Positions 1-9,086 of a stretch of 64,000 nt of DNA are shown here, piece by piece. The notes beneath the pieces were generated by a model. It searched no databases and was not told the DNA's origin. It saw only the letters and a list, made by a program, of their open reading frames with translations. Origin of the DNA: Stellaceae bacterium (GTDB lineage: Bacteria; Pseudomonadota; Alphaproteobacteria; ATCC43930; CGMCC-115725); NCBI GenBank assembly GCA_035504235.1, contig DATJSH010000085.1:22-64021 (forward strand), written 5' to 3'. The position numbers and the translations under genes are program-made. Positions within the stretch are counted from its first letter, which is position 1, and each line of letters opens with the position of its first letter.

Positions 1-99
1 GCCGGCGACCCCGTGCCGGGCGACATCCGCGCCCGGCTCGCGGCCCTTCTACATCAGCCCGCACGTCCCTACGCCGGCACCCTTCCCGGAGCAGACCGA

Positions 100-1620
100 A
101 TGACCCCCGAGCAGCACATCGCCGGCGGCGCGCGCCCGTTCACTGGCGCCGAATATATCGAGAGCCTCAAGGACGGGCGCGAGGTCTACATCAATGGCGA
201 GCGGGTCAAGGACGTGACGACGCATCCTGCGTTCCGCAACGCGGTGCGCTCGCTGGCCCGGCTCTATGACGCGCTGCACGACCCGGCGAAAAAGGACGTG
301 CTCACCTGCCCGACCGATACCGGCTCGGGCGGGTTCACGCATCGCTATTTCCGTGTCGCGCGCTCGCCCGAGGAGCTGAAGGCGCAGCAGCAAGCAATCG
401 CCGAATGGGCCCGCCTCACCTATGGTTGGATGGGCCGCACGCCCGATTACAAGGCGGCGCTGATGAACACGCTGGGCGCCAACGCCGAGTATTACGGCCA
501 GTTCGTCGGCAATGCCCGCGCCTGGTACAAGCGGGCGCAAGAGAACGTCCTCTTCATGAACCACGCGATCGTCAACCCGCCGGTCGATCGCGGCCGCCCG
601 ACCAACGAGGTCAAGGATGTCTATGTCTCGATCGAGAAGGAGACCGATGCCGGGGTGATCGTCTCAGGCGCCAAGGTCGTCGCCACCGCGGCGGCGCTGA
701 CGCATTACAATTTCCTCGGCCAGAACGCGGCGACCGCGACCAGCGACCCCGACATGGCGATCATGTTCATCCTGCCGATGGACGCGCCGGGGGTAAAGCT
801 GATCTGCCGCAATTCCTACGAGGAGATCGCGACACGGCTGGGCACGCCCTACGACTACCCGCTGTCGTCGCGGTTTGACGAGAACGACGCGATCTTCGTG
901 CTCGACAAGGTGCTGATCCCCTGGGAGAACATCCTCGTCCATCGCGACACCGAGAAGATATTGTCGTTCTATCCGCGCTCGGGGTTCCTCAACGGGTTCT
1001 GCTTTCAGGGCTGCACGCGCTACGCGGTGAAGCTCGACTTCATCGCCGGTCTGGTCGCCAAGGCGCTTCACGCGACCGGTGGCGACGAGTTTCGCGGCAA
1101 CCAGGCTATGCTCGGCGAGATTTGCGCCTGGCGAGAGCTGTTCTGGAGCCTCAGTAACGCGATGGCCTCAAACCCGCAGCCCTGGATCGGCGACGCGCTC
1201 CTGCCCAATTTGCAGCCGGCGATGGCCTATCGCGTCTTTGCCCCTGATGCGTACTCCAAGATCAAGGAGATCATCGAGAAGATCGTCGCCTCGGCGCTGA
1301 TCTTTCTGCCGTCCTCATCGCGCGATTTCGCCAACCCGGCGATCGATCCGCTCCTGAAACAATATGTCCGCGGCTCGAACGGCATCGATTACAAGGAGCG
1401 GATCAAGGTCATGAAGCTTCTATGGGATGCAATCGGCAGCGAATTCGGCGGTCGGCACGAGCTCTATGAGCGGAACTACGCTGGAAATCACGAGGACATC
1501 CGCATCCAGGTGCTAGCCGGTGCGCGGCGCAACGGGTCGATGAAGGCGATGACCGATCTGGTCGACAAGTGCATGGCCGAATACGACGAAACCGGCTGGC
1601 TCGACGAACACTGGCGATAG
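100..1620 (+). CDS. 4-hydroxyphenylacetate 3-monooxygenase oxygenase component family (HpaB-like flavin-dependent aromatic hydroxylase)
   Basis: ORF 13..1620. The N-terminus from the in-frame ATG at 100 (MTPEQHIAGGARPFTGAEYIESLKDGREVYINGERVKDVTTHPAFRNA) closely matches the canonical HpaB N-terminus. Length is about 506 aa. Confidence 0.85.
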   Translation: MTPEQHIAGGARPFTGAEYIESLKDGREVYINGERVKDVTTHPAFRNAVRSLARLYDALHDPAKKDVLTCPTDTGSGGFTHRYFRVARSPEELKAQQQAIAEWARLTYGWMGRTPDYKAALMNTLGANAEYYGQFVGNARAWYKRAQENVLFMNHAIVNPPVDRGRPTNEVKDVYVSIEKETDAGVIVSGAKVVATAAALTHYNFLGQNAATATSDPDMAIMFILPMDAPGVKLICRNSYEEIATRLGTPYDYPLSSRFDENDAIFVLDKVLIPWENILVHRDTEKILSFYPRSGFLNGFCFQGCTRYAVKLDFIAGLVAKALHATGGDEFRGNQAMLGEICAWRELFWSLSNAMASNPQPWIGDALLPNLQPAMAYRVFAPDAYSKIKEIIEKIVASALIFLPSSSRDFANPAIDPLLKQYVRGSNGIDYKERIKVMKLLWDAIGSEFGGRHELYERNYAGNHEDIRIQVLAGARRNGSMKAMTDLVDKCMAEYDETGWLDEHWR

Positions 1621-1623
1621 CCA

Positions 1624-2496
1624 CTATCCGCCGGTCGCGAAACCTGGATACAGCGTCATCCCGCCATCGACGAAGAGGGTCGTGCCGGTGATGTAATCCG
1701 CCGCGTCCGAGGCAAGCCACGCGACAGCGCGGGCGATGTCGTCCGGCTCGCCGATGCGCTTGTAGGGCACCAGCGTCATGAGTTCGGCGTAGGCCTCGGG
1801 CGTGCTCCATGCCGCGGTGTTGATTGGCGTGCGCACGGCGCCGGGCGCGATGCTATTGACGCGGATCCGGTAGGGCGCGAGTTCCTGCGCGATCGATCGC
1901 ATCAGCATCATCACCCCGCCTTTCGACGCGGCGTAATTGGCATGACCTGCCCAGGGGATTTCCTGATGGACCGAGCTCATGCAGACGATCTTGCCGGCCG
2001 CGATCGATACCGACGGCACGACCCCGCGCCGCTTGAATTCGCGTGCTGCCTCGCGCGCGCAGAGAAATTGGCCCGTCAGATTGACGCCGATGACCGTGTT
2101 CCACTGTGCCAGCGTCATCGCGTCGAACGGGGCGTCGCGCTGCAGCCCGGCATTGGGCACCACCACGTGCAGGGTGCCGAAATGCCCAATCGCCTGCGCG
2201 AACATCGCCGCGACCGCGTCTTCCTTGGCGACATCGGCCTTGATGGCAATCGCTCGGCGGCCCATCGCCTCGATGCGGTGACAGATTTCTTCGGCCGTTT
2301 CAGGCGTGGCCACGTAATTGACAGCCACATCGGCCCCCGCCCGCGCCAGCCCGAGCGCGACCGCCGCGCCTATCCCCGAATTTGCGCCAGTCACTAACGC
2401 AGACTGACCGGCCAAGGTGGCCGTAGCGCCGATCGGCGGGGCAGCTGCCGCGTCCGGTGCGGCCGGCGCGGCAGGATCTTTTGTCGATCTGGTCAT
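1624..2496 (-). CDS. SDR-family oxidoreductase, glucose 1-dehydrogenase-like
   Basis: TGANSGIG Rossmann motif, NAG, and SSVHQEIPWAGHANYAASKGG catalytic Ser/Tyr/Lys region. ATG at 2496. Confidence 0.85.
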   Translation of the reverse strand: MTRSTKDPAAPAAPDAAAAPPIGATATLAGQSALVTGANSGIGAAVALGLARAGADVAVNYVATPETAEEICHRIEAMGRRAIAIKADVAKEDAVAAMFAQAIGHFGTLHVVVPNAGLQRDAPFDAMTLAQWNTVIGVNLTGQFLCAREAAREFKRRGVVPSVSIAAGKIVCMSSVHQEIPWAGHANYAASKGGVMMLMRSIAQELAPYRIRVNSIAPGAVRTPINTAAWSTPEAYAELMTLVPYKRIGEPDDIARAVAWLASDAADYITGTTLFVDGGMTLYPGFATGG

Positions 2497-2730
2497 GCTG
2501 GCTTAAACGCCTGTGGACGGCGGTCATCGCGAGCGCCGCGAAGTTATCTCGCGTCGGACAGCCAGGCCGGTGCGGTTCCCGCGTCGCACCCCGTACTCCG
2601 CACAATGACAGCAGGCTGACCCTCTGCTACCGTTTGCCTCGGCCCGCCCGCTTGGCACGAACCATGCGGGTCGGAACGGGCCATGACGCGGCGATAATTT
2701 CGCGCCGCAACCAAAAAGGGGAGGCTTGAA

Positions 2731-3585
2731 GTGCTGTCACGTCGATCTTTAGCCCTTGGCGCCGCCGGCGCATCGGTGCTGTTCGCCGCCGCCGAGGCTA
2801 AGGCCCAGCAGAACGCGCCGGCGACGCCGAGCCAGTCTTCGACGATGGACCGGATCACCCAGACCAAGACGTTGCGCATTGCCGCGCTGCCGGGGGAGGC
2901 GCCGTATTTCAACAAAGACATCACTACCGGCGATTGGTCCGGCATGTGCATCGAGATGACGCAGGACATTGCCAAGGTGTTCGGCGCCAAGGTCGACTAT
3001 GTCGAGTCGACCTATGGCAACTCGGTGCTCGACCTGCAGTCCAACAAGATCGATCTGGCCTTTTCGCTGAACCCGACGCCGTTGCGCGCGCTGGTCATCG
3101 ACTTCACGCACCCGTTTTACATGCACGGCTTCGGGATGGTCGGCAAAAAGGGTTTTACCGCGACCAATTGGGCCGATATCGACAAGCCCGAGGTCAAGGT
3201 CGCCTGCGATATCGGCTCGGTGCACGAGATTGCCGCACGTCGTTTTGCCAGCCACGCGACCATCATCGCCTTGCCGAAACGCGACGACTGCATCCTCGCG
3301 GTTCAGTCCGGCCGGGCTGACTGCGTGATCCTCGCGGTCAATCTCGGCCTCACCGCGGTCAAGAAGAACCCCGAGCTCGGCAAGTTCATGATGCTGCACC
3401 ATCCGACGGTAAAGCTGCCGACCTGCATGGGCATTCAGATGGAGACCGATAAGCGCTGGCGCGACTTCCTCAACGCCTGGGTTGACTACAATCGCGGCAT
3501 CGAACAGGTCCGCCAGTGGCTCTACGACGGGCTGGCGATCAACGGCGTCAAGCCCGAGGACGTCCCGGCCGATGTGGAGTTGTAG
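2731..3585 (+). CDS. ABC transporter substrate-binding protein (polar amino acid, family 3)
   Basis: Signal peptide (LALGAAGASVLFAAAEAKA) and typical family-3 SBP layout. GTG start preceded by a GGGGAGG RBS. Confidence 0.8.
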   Translation: MLSRRSLALGAAGASVLFAAAEAKAQQNAPATPSQSSTMDRITQTKTLRIAALPGEAPYFNKDITTGDWSGMCIEMTQDIAKVFGAKVDYVESTYGNSVLDLQSNKIDLAFSLNPTPLRALVIDFTHPFYMHGFGMVGKKGFTATNWADIDKPEVKVACDIGSVHEIAARRFASHATIIALPKRDDCILAVQSGRADCVILAVNLGLTAVKKNPELGKFMMLHHPTVKLPTCMGIQMETDKRWRDFLNAWVDYNRGIEQVRQWLYDGLAINGVKPEDVPADVEL

Positions 3586-3619
3586 GAGCTGAACGCCTGA
3601 GAACCGCTATCCCCTTTGC

Positions 3620-3700
3620 CGTCTTTCCCGGGTTTGTCCCGGGAGGCCGCGTGGATGGCCGGAACAAGTCCGGCCATGACCAGCGAGTTCGGGTGGCTTG
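3620..3700. repeat. REP-like GC-rich intergenic hairpin element
   Basis: Two hairpins: tcccgg/ccggga (3626-3644) and ggccgga/tccggcc (3657-3675). Translations give VDGRNKSGHD and WMAGTSPAMT, the motifs typical of spurious ORFs over Bradyrhizobiaceae REP elements. Lies between the SBP and permease genes. Confidence 0.45.
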
Positions 3701-3730
3701 GAGCGATGTTCATCGGGTGGTCGAGAGGCC

Positions 3731-4501
3731 ATGAACCACGTCGGCTACAGCTGGGACTTTGGCTTCCTCTGGCACTACCGCGGCCTGATCGAGTGGGGAC
3801 TTCTCGTCACGATCCTCTATACGGTCGCAACGATCCTCGTTGGCATGGCGATCGGGCTGCTTGTCGGGCTGTTGCGGCTGTCATCGAACAAGCTCATCAC
3901 CCTCCCGCTCACCGCCTATGTCGAGGTGTTCCGCTGCACCCCGCTGCTGGTGCAGATCATCTGGTTCTACTACGCGCTGCCGGTGATCATCGGGATCGAC
4001 ATCCCCGGTGTCATCGCGGCCGGGCTGGTGCTGTCCCTCTATACCGGGGCGTTCTATGCCGAGATCGTGCGCGGCGGGGTCAATTCGATCGAGCAGGGCC
4101 AATGGGACGCGGCGCGCTCGCTCGGCCTGCGCTATGTGCCGATGATGCGCCTGGTGATCTTGCCGCAGGCGTTTCGCCGCATGATCCCACCCTTTATGAA
4201 CCAGTCGATCATCCAGCTGAAGAACACCTCGCTGGTCTCCACCATCGCCGTCGCCGATCTGCTCTATGAGGGGCAGATGATCACCGCCGCGACTTATCGG
4301 CCGCTCGAGGTCTACACGATGGTCGCGGTGCTGTATTTCGCCGTGCTGTTTCCGCTGACCCTCGCGGCGCAAGAGGTCGAGCGGCGGCTCGCGCGGACAG
4401 CGGCGAGGTCCAGCGCGGCTTCAGGCTACCGCGCGCTCCTGCGGCGGCTCATTCGGCGTAATAATGCGACTCAAGCAATAAGCATCCGCCGTTCGACTTG
4501 A
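3731..4501 (+). CDS. amino acid ABC transporter permease (His/Glu/Gln/Arg/opine family)
   Basis: ORF 3698..4501 with ATG at 3731. Contains the EAA-loop-like region (GVNSIEQGQWDAARSLGL) and multiple TM helices. Confidence 0.85.
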   Translation: MNHVGYSWDFGFLWHYRGLIEWGLLVTILYTVATILVGMAIGLLVGLLRLSSNKLITLPLTAYVEVFRCTPLLVQIIWFYYALPVIIGIDIPGVIAAGLVLSLYTGAFYAEIVRGGVNSIEQGQWDAARSLGLRYVPMMRLVILPQAFRRMIPPFMNQSIIQLKNTSLVSTIAVADLLYEGQMITAATYRPLEVYTMVAVLYFAVLFPLTLAAQEVERRLARTAARSSAASGYRALLRRLIRRNNATQAISIRRST

Positions 4502-4826
4502 ACGGGCCGTGTGCCGCGCCGGGCGGGCGGCAGGCATAGGTGCCCTGCTGGTAGTTTTCGCCACCGTTCCCTTGTGCGTCGTTGCCGACGGTCAGGTCGC
4601 CCTCGACCAGGAAAACCTCTTCCCAATAGTCATGGACGAAGGGCTCGGTGGTGTAGATTCCAGGCTGAAAGCGTAAGAGCCGAGTCCGGCTGCCGGCCTT
4701 GTTGGCTTCGTCGAGCGTGCCGGCGAGGATTTTCTGCTCGATGCCCTTTGGGTACCCGGTAGGCGTTTCCCAGCCCGATCCCATGTCGAGCCGGTGGAAT
4801 TCGAGATGCGGCTTCATCGGGTTCAT
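4449..4826 (-). CDS. cupin domain protein
   Basis: ORF 4449..4847. ATG at 4826 is preceded by a GAGGAGGA RBS. Beta-barrel cupin-like sequence (HDYWEEVFLVEGDLTV). Confidence 0.7.
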   Translation of the reverse strand: MNPMKPHLEFHRLDMGSGWETPTGYPKGIEQKILAGTLDEANKAGSRTRLLRFQPGIYTTEPFVHDYWEEVFLVEGDLTVGNDAQGNGGENYQQGTYACRPPGAAHGPFKSNGGCLLLESHYYAE

Positions 4827-4894
4827 GCGGCTTCCTCCTCGACCCATGCCGGCATTCTGCTACAACCGGACGAAACGCGCACGAGGTGCAAGGC

Positions 4895-6088
4895 ATGGAC
4901 GCGTGGTTTCACTGCGAAAATCCGTACCCCTTCGTCCCGGACGAGGTGCTGCGGCAGAGCGACTCGGTGCGCGCGAGCCTGCCCAACCGCTATTGCGACC
5001 CCGAGGTCGCGGCGCGGCTTTTCGAGGAGACCCTTGATGAGTATCTGCTGTGCGACGAGCTGGGCCTCAACATCACCGCGAGCGAGCACCACGCCGGCAT
5101 CAACTGCCTTTACGGCGCGAGTCCGGTGGTGCTCGGCATCGTCGCGCGGCAGACCAAGAACATCCGCCTCTTGTCGATGGGGACGCTGATCACGGTGCGC
5201 GACGACCCGGTTCGCGTCGCCGAGGAATACGCCACCGCGGATGTCATTTCACGCGGCCGGTTGGAGATCGGCTTTGTCAAATCGGGCGGCACCGAGATGG
5301 CTTCGGGCAACGCCAACCCGATCGGCATCCGCGAGCGCTTCTGGGAGTCGATCGACCTGATCGGCAAAACTCTGACCCACCAAGAAGGGCCTTTCTCGTG
5401 GGAGGGCAAGCATTTCACCCACCGCCACATCAACATCTGGCCACGGCCGTATCAACAGCCGCACCCGCCGATGTGGGCGGCGACCAGCGATCCCGTCGAT
5501 ACCGCCGAACTGGGGCGTCGCGGTATGGTCAACATCATGGTGATGCGCGGGGTCGATGTCACAAAACGCGCCTGGGGCGCCTATCGCGACGCCCGCAAGG
5601 AAGCAGGCATGCCGGCGCCGTCAACCGACCGTTTCGGCTACTCGGCCTTTGTCTATGTCGGCGACACCGACGAGGAGGGCGTGCGCGTCGGTTCGAAGCT
5701 GTTGTGGTTCGTCAACACCAGCATGAAGTCGGCGCCGCAATATAACAAATTCCTGCCGGGCACGACGCCCCCAGAGCTCGCGCCGCTTCTCTACCGAGAT
5801 CCAGATTCGGGCGGCAGCTTGGGGCGGCCGGGCCGCAACTCACCCCTGAACCGCGCCGGCGTCACCGCCGAGATGGCGATGGCGGGCGGCCGCATGTATG
5901 CCGGCAACCCCGACACGGTCTACCGGCAGATCATGGATTTCTACGAGAAGGTCGGCGGGTTCGGGCAACTGATCATGGTCGGAAAGACCGGCTTCATCAC
6001 GCACGACGAAGCGGTCAAGAACATCACCTTGTTCTCGAAAGAGGTACTGCCCCGCTTGCGCGAGATCAAGCCGGTCGTGGCGGAGTGA
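4895..6088 (+). CDS. LLM-class (luciferase-like) flavin-dependent oxidoreductase
   Basis: MDAWFHCENPYPF N-terminus and SEHH motif. Paralogous in layout to the ORF at 41085. ATG at 4895 with a GAGG RBS. Confidence 0.8.
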   Translation: MDAWFHCENPYPFVPDEVLRQSDSVRASLPNRYCDPEVAARLFEETLDEYLLCDELGLNITASEHHAGINCLYGASPVVLGIVARQTKNIRLLSMGTLITVRDDPVRVAEEYATADVISRGRLEIGFVKSGGTEMASGNANPIGIRERFWESIDLIGKTLTHQEGPFSWEGKHFTHRHINIWPRPYQQPHPPMWAATSDPVDTAELGRRGMVNIMVMRGVDVTKRAWGAYRDARKEAGMPAPSTDRFGYSAFVYVGDTDEEGVRVGSKLLWFVNTSMKSAPQYNKFLPGTTPPELAPLLYRDPDSGGSLGRPGRNSPLNRAGVTAEMAMAGGRMYAGNPDTVYRQIMDFYEKVGGFGQLIMVGKTGFITHDEAVKNITLFSKEVLPRLREIKPVVAE

Positions 6089-6111
6089 GGCCCCCGGGTA
6101 TTCGCTCGGCT

Positions 6112-6348
6112 TTACTTCTGCGGCGACGGGACGGCCGGGGTAGCGTCGGCGACAGGCGAAGCGTCGTCGGCGAGCCGGGTAACCTGGGGCAGCCGGTCGA
6201 CCACCTTCTGGGTGACCATAAAGGTCAGGTCGAGCGTTGCCAGACCGACGGCAAACACCAGCAGCACGACATTGAGATCGCCGGCGATACGGTCGATCCG
6301 CTGAAAGAACTGGCTGGGCACACGAATTTTTCTGAACGCTGCACGCAT
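6112..6348 (-). CDS. small hypothetical membrane protein
   Basis: 78-aa ORF with one clear hydrophobic helix (LNVVLLVFAVGLATLDLTFMV). ATG start. No recognisable family. Confidence 0.4.
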   Translation of the reverse strand: MRAAFRKIRVPSQFFQRIDRIAGDLNVVLLVFAVGLATLDLTFMVTQKVVDRLPQVTRLADDASPVADATPAVPSPQK

Positions 6349-6952
6349 CTTCTTATCGACCCCGGTCCGCCCTCGGCGAGACCGCAGTCGCTCCAGGGCT
6401 AAGTTGACAACTTCAACGGCGTTCCGAGCGATCGCTCGACCCTACCGTCATCGTATTATCTAGCGTTCGATATTGCGGTGCACAAACGCTGGCCTAACAG
6501 GTCAGCCATGCATACCTTTAATCCGGATCACCATGCCACCTTCACAATAGGCCGAGGGGCTCGGATTGCCAGTTTGCGCGGCTGTTTGCGGGACAGATGA
6601 TAGAGGTTAATTGGTTAACGATTCGCTGTCGCGACGCGGTGGTCGAACGTGCCTGGACGGCACCGAGGCAGGAATTAGCCGATGCAGTAATTGCCGATGC
6701 AGGAAATAAGCGTCGTTCAGCTATGCGAGTGTCTGGCGCCTTGGCCGGAGATATCGTGCCGCCCGGCTTTGCGGGGACCGATCGCAGGAAATCAGGTAAG
6801 ACGCGAAAATCAAGGAACCAAAGCAGCCGAAAATTGATTATCCGGCGAAAGTCGCCGGGCTCGCGGACCTTTGGATTTGCGCGGCGGGCAATGGAGGTTA
6901 TAGAAAGCCCGGTGGGGGAAGGGGTTCATCCAACGCGGGGTATCGACGAGGA

Positions 6953-7645
6953 ATGACGGGTTTTACAACGGAACGACGGTCAATCGGGCCGGCGAGCCGG
7001 CGAGTGTGGCCGGTGGCATTGGTTGGCGCGCTGCTTGTCGGCGTATCGGGCGGCCCGGCGGGAGCGATGGCAGAGTCGCCGCGCGAGCTTGTCTATAACG
7101 TCAAGCACTCGATCTTTGGCAGCATCGGCACTTATAGCAATCTGATCGAGAAGTCAGGCGCGACCACCACGGTCAAGACCACGGCGCACTTCTTGGTGAC
7201 GGCGCTTGGGGTCGGCCTGCATCGCGAGGACGCTCAACGCGTCGAGCAGTTTCAGGGCGACCGGCTGACGTTTTTTCACGGTGTCACCGTCAAGAACGGC
7301 GAGACGACCGAGATCAAGGGTCAAGCCAACGGCAATAATTTCGTGATCGATGGGCCGTCCGGCGAGGTCACCGCGCCGGGATCGGTCAAGCCTGCCAACC
7401 CGTGGTCAACGGCGAGCATCGAATCAAACGAGATGATGCGCGTCGACACCGGAAAGGTCGAGAAAGTCACGGTGAGCGATGGCGGCCAGACCAATGTCAA
7501 CGTCGATGGCGCCAGCACTCCGGTGCGCGAGTACGACATCACCGGAGCGACGAAATACAAGATCTATATCGACAATCATGACACGCCGGTGATGTTCGTG
7601 GTTGACGACGACAGTGGGCAAGTTACTTTCACGCTGAAAAAATAG
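6953..7645 (+). CDS. secreted hypothetical protein (beta-rich, DUF6134-like)
   Basis: 230-aa ORF with a signal peptide (VWPVALVGALLVGVSGGPAGAMA). The domain assignment is from memory only. Confidence 0.6.
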   Translation: MTGFTTERRSIGPASRRVWPVALVGALLVGVSGGPAGAMAESPRELVYNVKHSIFGSIGTYSNLIEKSGATTTVKTTAHFLVTALGVGLHREDAQRVEQFQGDRLTFFHGVTVKNGETTEIKGQANGNNFVIDGPSGEVTAPGSVKPANPWSTASIESNEMMRVDTGKVEKVTVSDGGQTNVNVDGASTPVREYDITGATKYKIYIDNHDTPVMFVVDDDSGQVTFTLKK

Positions 7646-7669
7646 GCCGGTAAGCACTTTTAGTGTGAC

Positions 7670-8542
7670 TTGCTCGCACGGAAGCTCCTGGCGATGAGCA
7701 GCGTTTCTATCGACACGATTGCCACCGCCGACCCGGCACCGCCGCGCTGGTCGCTTGATAGCATTGACTGGGCGGCGCTGCGTCGCGAGGCCGTCGTCGA
7801 TGATGAGGCGATGTTCTATCTGATTGCCGCTGCCTCATTTGTCGAGGCGACGACCGATCTCTACACCCAGAACCTGCTCGATTATTTCGCCGAGGACGGC
7901 GAGATCACCGAGTGGCTCCGCGTCCATTGGCTACCTGAGGAACTGCAACACGGCCGCGCCCTGCGCCACTATGTCCAGCTCGTCTGGCCAGATTTCGATT
8001 GGGACGGCGTCTATGAGGGGTTCCTCCCCGAATTCACCGCGCAATGCGCCGATGATGGAGTCGAGCCCACCCGCACCCGCGAGATGGCCTCGCGTTGTTG
8101 CGTCGAGATGGGCACGGCGAGCTATTACCGCACGCTCTCCCGCATGACCGCGGACCCGGTGCTGTCGGCGCTGACCCGCCACATCTCCGATGACGAGGTC
8201 AGCCATTACAAGCATTTCTACCGCTATTTGAAGAAATACCAGGCGCGCGAAGGCCAACGTCGCGTCGGCATCGCGCGGGCGCTGTGGGCCCGGCTGATGA
8301 TGATCGACGGCGCCGACAGCCGCATCGCGATGAGCCATATCTATCGCGCCCGCCATCCTGGCCGGCCGTTTGACGAGCGGCTCTATCGCCAGCTGCGCCG
8401 CGCCTCGCGGCCGCTGATCCAGCGGTACTTCCCGCATCGCATGTGTGTGCAGATGCTGCTGAAGCCGCTCGGGCTCGGCCCGCGGGCGCATGGCGTCGCG
8501 CTGCCGGTGGTCGAGGCCATCGTGCGGCGGGTGGTGCCGTAG
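7670..8542 (+). CDS. ferritin-like diiron-carboxylate protein (AurF / acyl-ACP-desaturase-like)
   Basis: Two ExxH-type motifs (PEELQHG and DDEVSHY) in a helical protein of about 290 aa. The start is uncertain: TTG at 7670 or ATG at 7694. Confidence 0.65.
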   Translation: MLARKLLAMSSVSIDTIATADPAPPRWSLDSIDWAALRREAVVDDEAMFYLIAAASFVEATTDLYTQNLLDYFAEDGEITEWLRVHWLPEELQHGRALRHYVQLVWPDFDWDGVYEGFLPEFTAQCADDGVEPTRTREMASRCCVEMGTASYYRTLSRMTADPVLSALTRHISDDEVSHYKHFYRYLKKYQAREGQRRVGIARALWARLMMIDGADSRIAMSHIYRARHPGRPFDERLYRQLRRASRPLIQRYFPHRMCVQMLLKPLGLGPRAHGVALPVVEAIVRRVVP

Positions 8543-8550
8543 GGGCTAAT

Positions 8551-9015
8551 TCACCCGATCGACCCGCGCGGCGTAGCAGCCCGGCGCGGCGAAATGAACG
8601 TGCAGATAGGCTGCGCGCGGATCGGCGAAAGCCGGTCGATCGCCGGCTCCAGCTCACGCCCCTCGATCAACTCCCAGCCGACCATCATCGCGTCCTTGTC
8701 AAAGGCGCGCACCGCCAGCGTGCGGCTGCGAAGCTGCGCAGGCACCTCGTCGATCGCGTCGAATTGCTTTTCGCCGCGCCGGACATAGATCGCGAAACGC
8801 ATCCGGTAGGGCGAAGCGACGGGGTGGTGCTCGTAATTGACGAGGATCAGCTCGTCGCCCGGCCGTGAGTCGGTGAGGCTGATGCGGCAAGGGTATCCGG
8901 GCTCGCGCTCGTCCGCGATCCGCCGAACAGCGCCGCGCTCGGCTAATTCCGCGTCGGACATCGCGAACAGCGGCGCGAAATTTTCGGCCTGCAGGCCGGT
9001 AATGCGAAAGCTCAT
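8551..9015 (-). CDS. DUF1203 domain protein
   Basis: ORF 8551..9117. ATG at 9015 gives MSFRITGLQAENFAPLF..., which resembles DUF1203 proteins. The longer start would overlap polA. Confidence 0.6.
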   Translation of the reverse strand: MSFRITGLQAENFAPLFAMSDAELAERGAVRRIADEREPGYPCRISLTDSRPGDELILVNYEHHPVASPYRMRFAIYVRRGEKQFDAIDEVPAQLRSRTLAVRAFDKDAMMVGWELIEGRELEPAIDRLSPIRAQPICTFISPRRAATPRGSIG

Positions 9016-9086
9016 CGCTGGGCTCCTCATGTTGCTGCTGCAAACATGAGGCGGGACGCGCGGCATATCTTCCCGGCAATTGCTCT

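Noticed and set aside
6597-6956. 119-aa ORF in the long spacer
   Set aside because: It has atypical composition for this genome, no RBS, no motifs and a highly basic low-complexity tail. I treated the region as non-coding (see finding).
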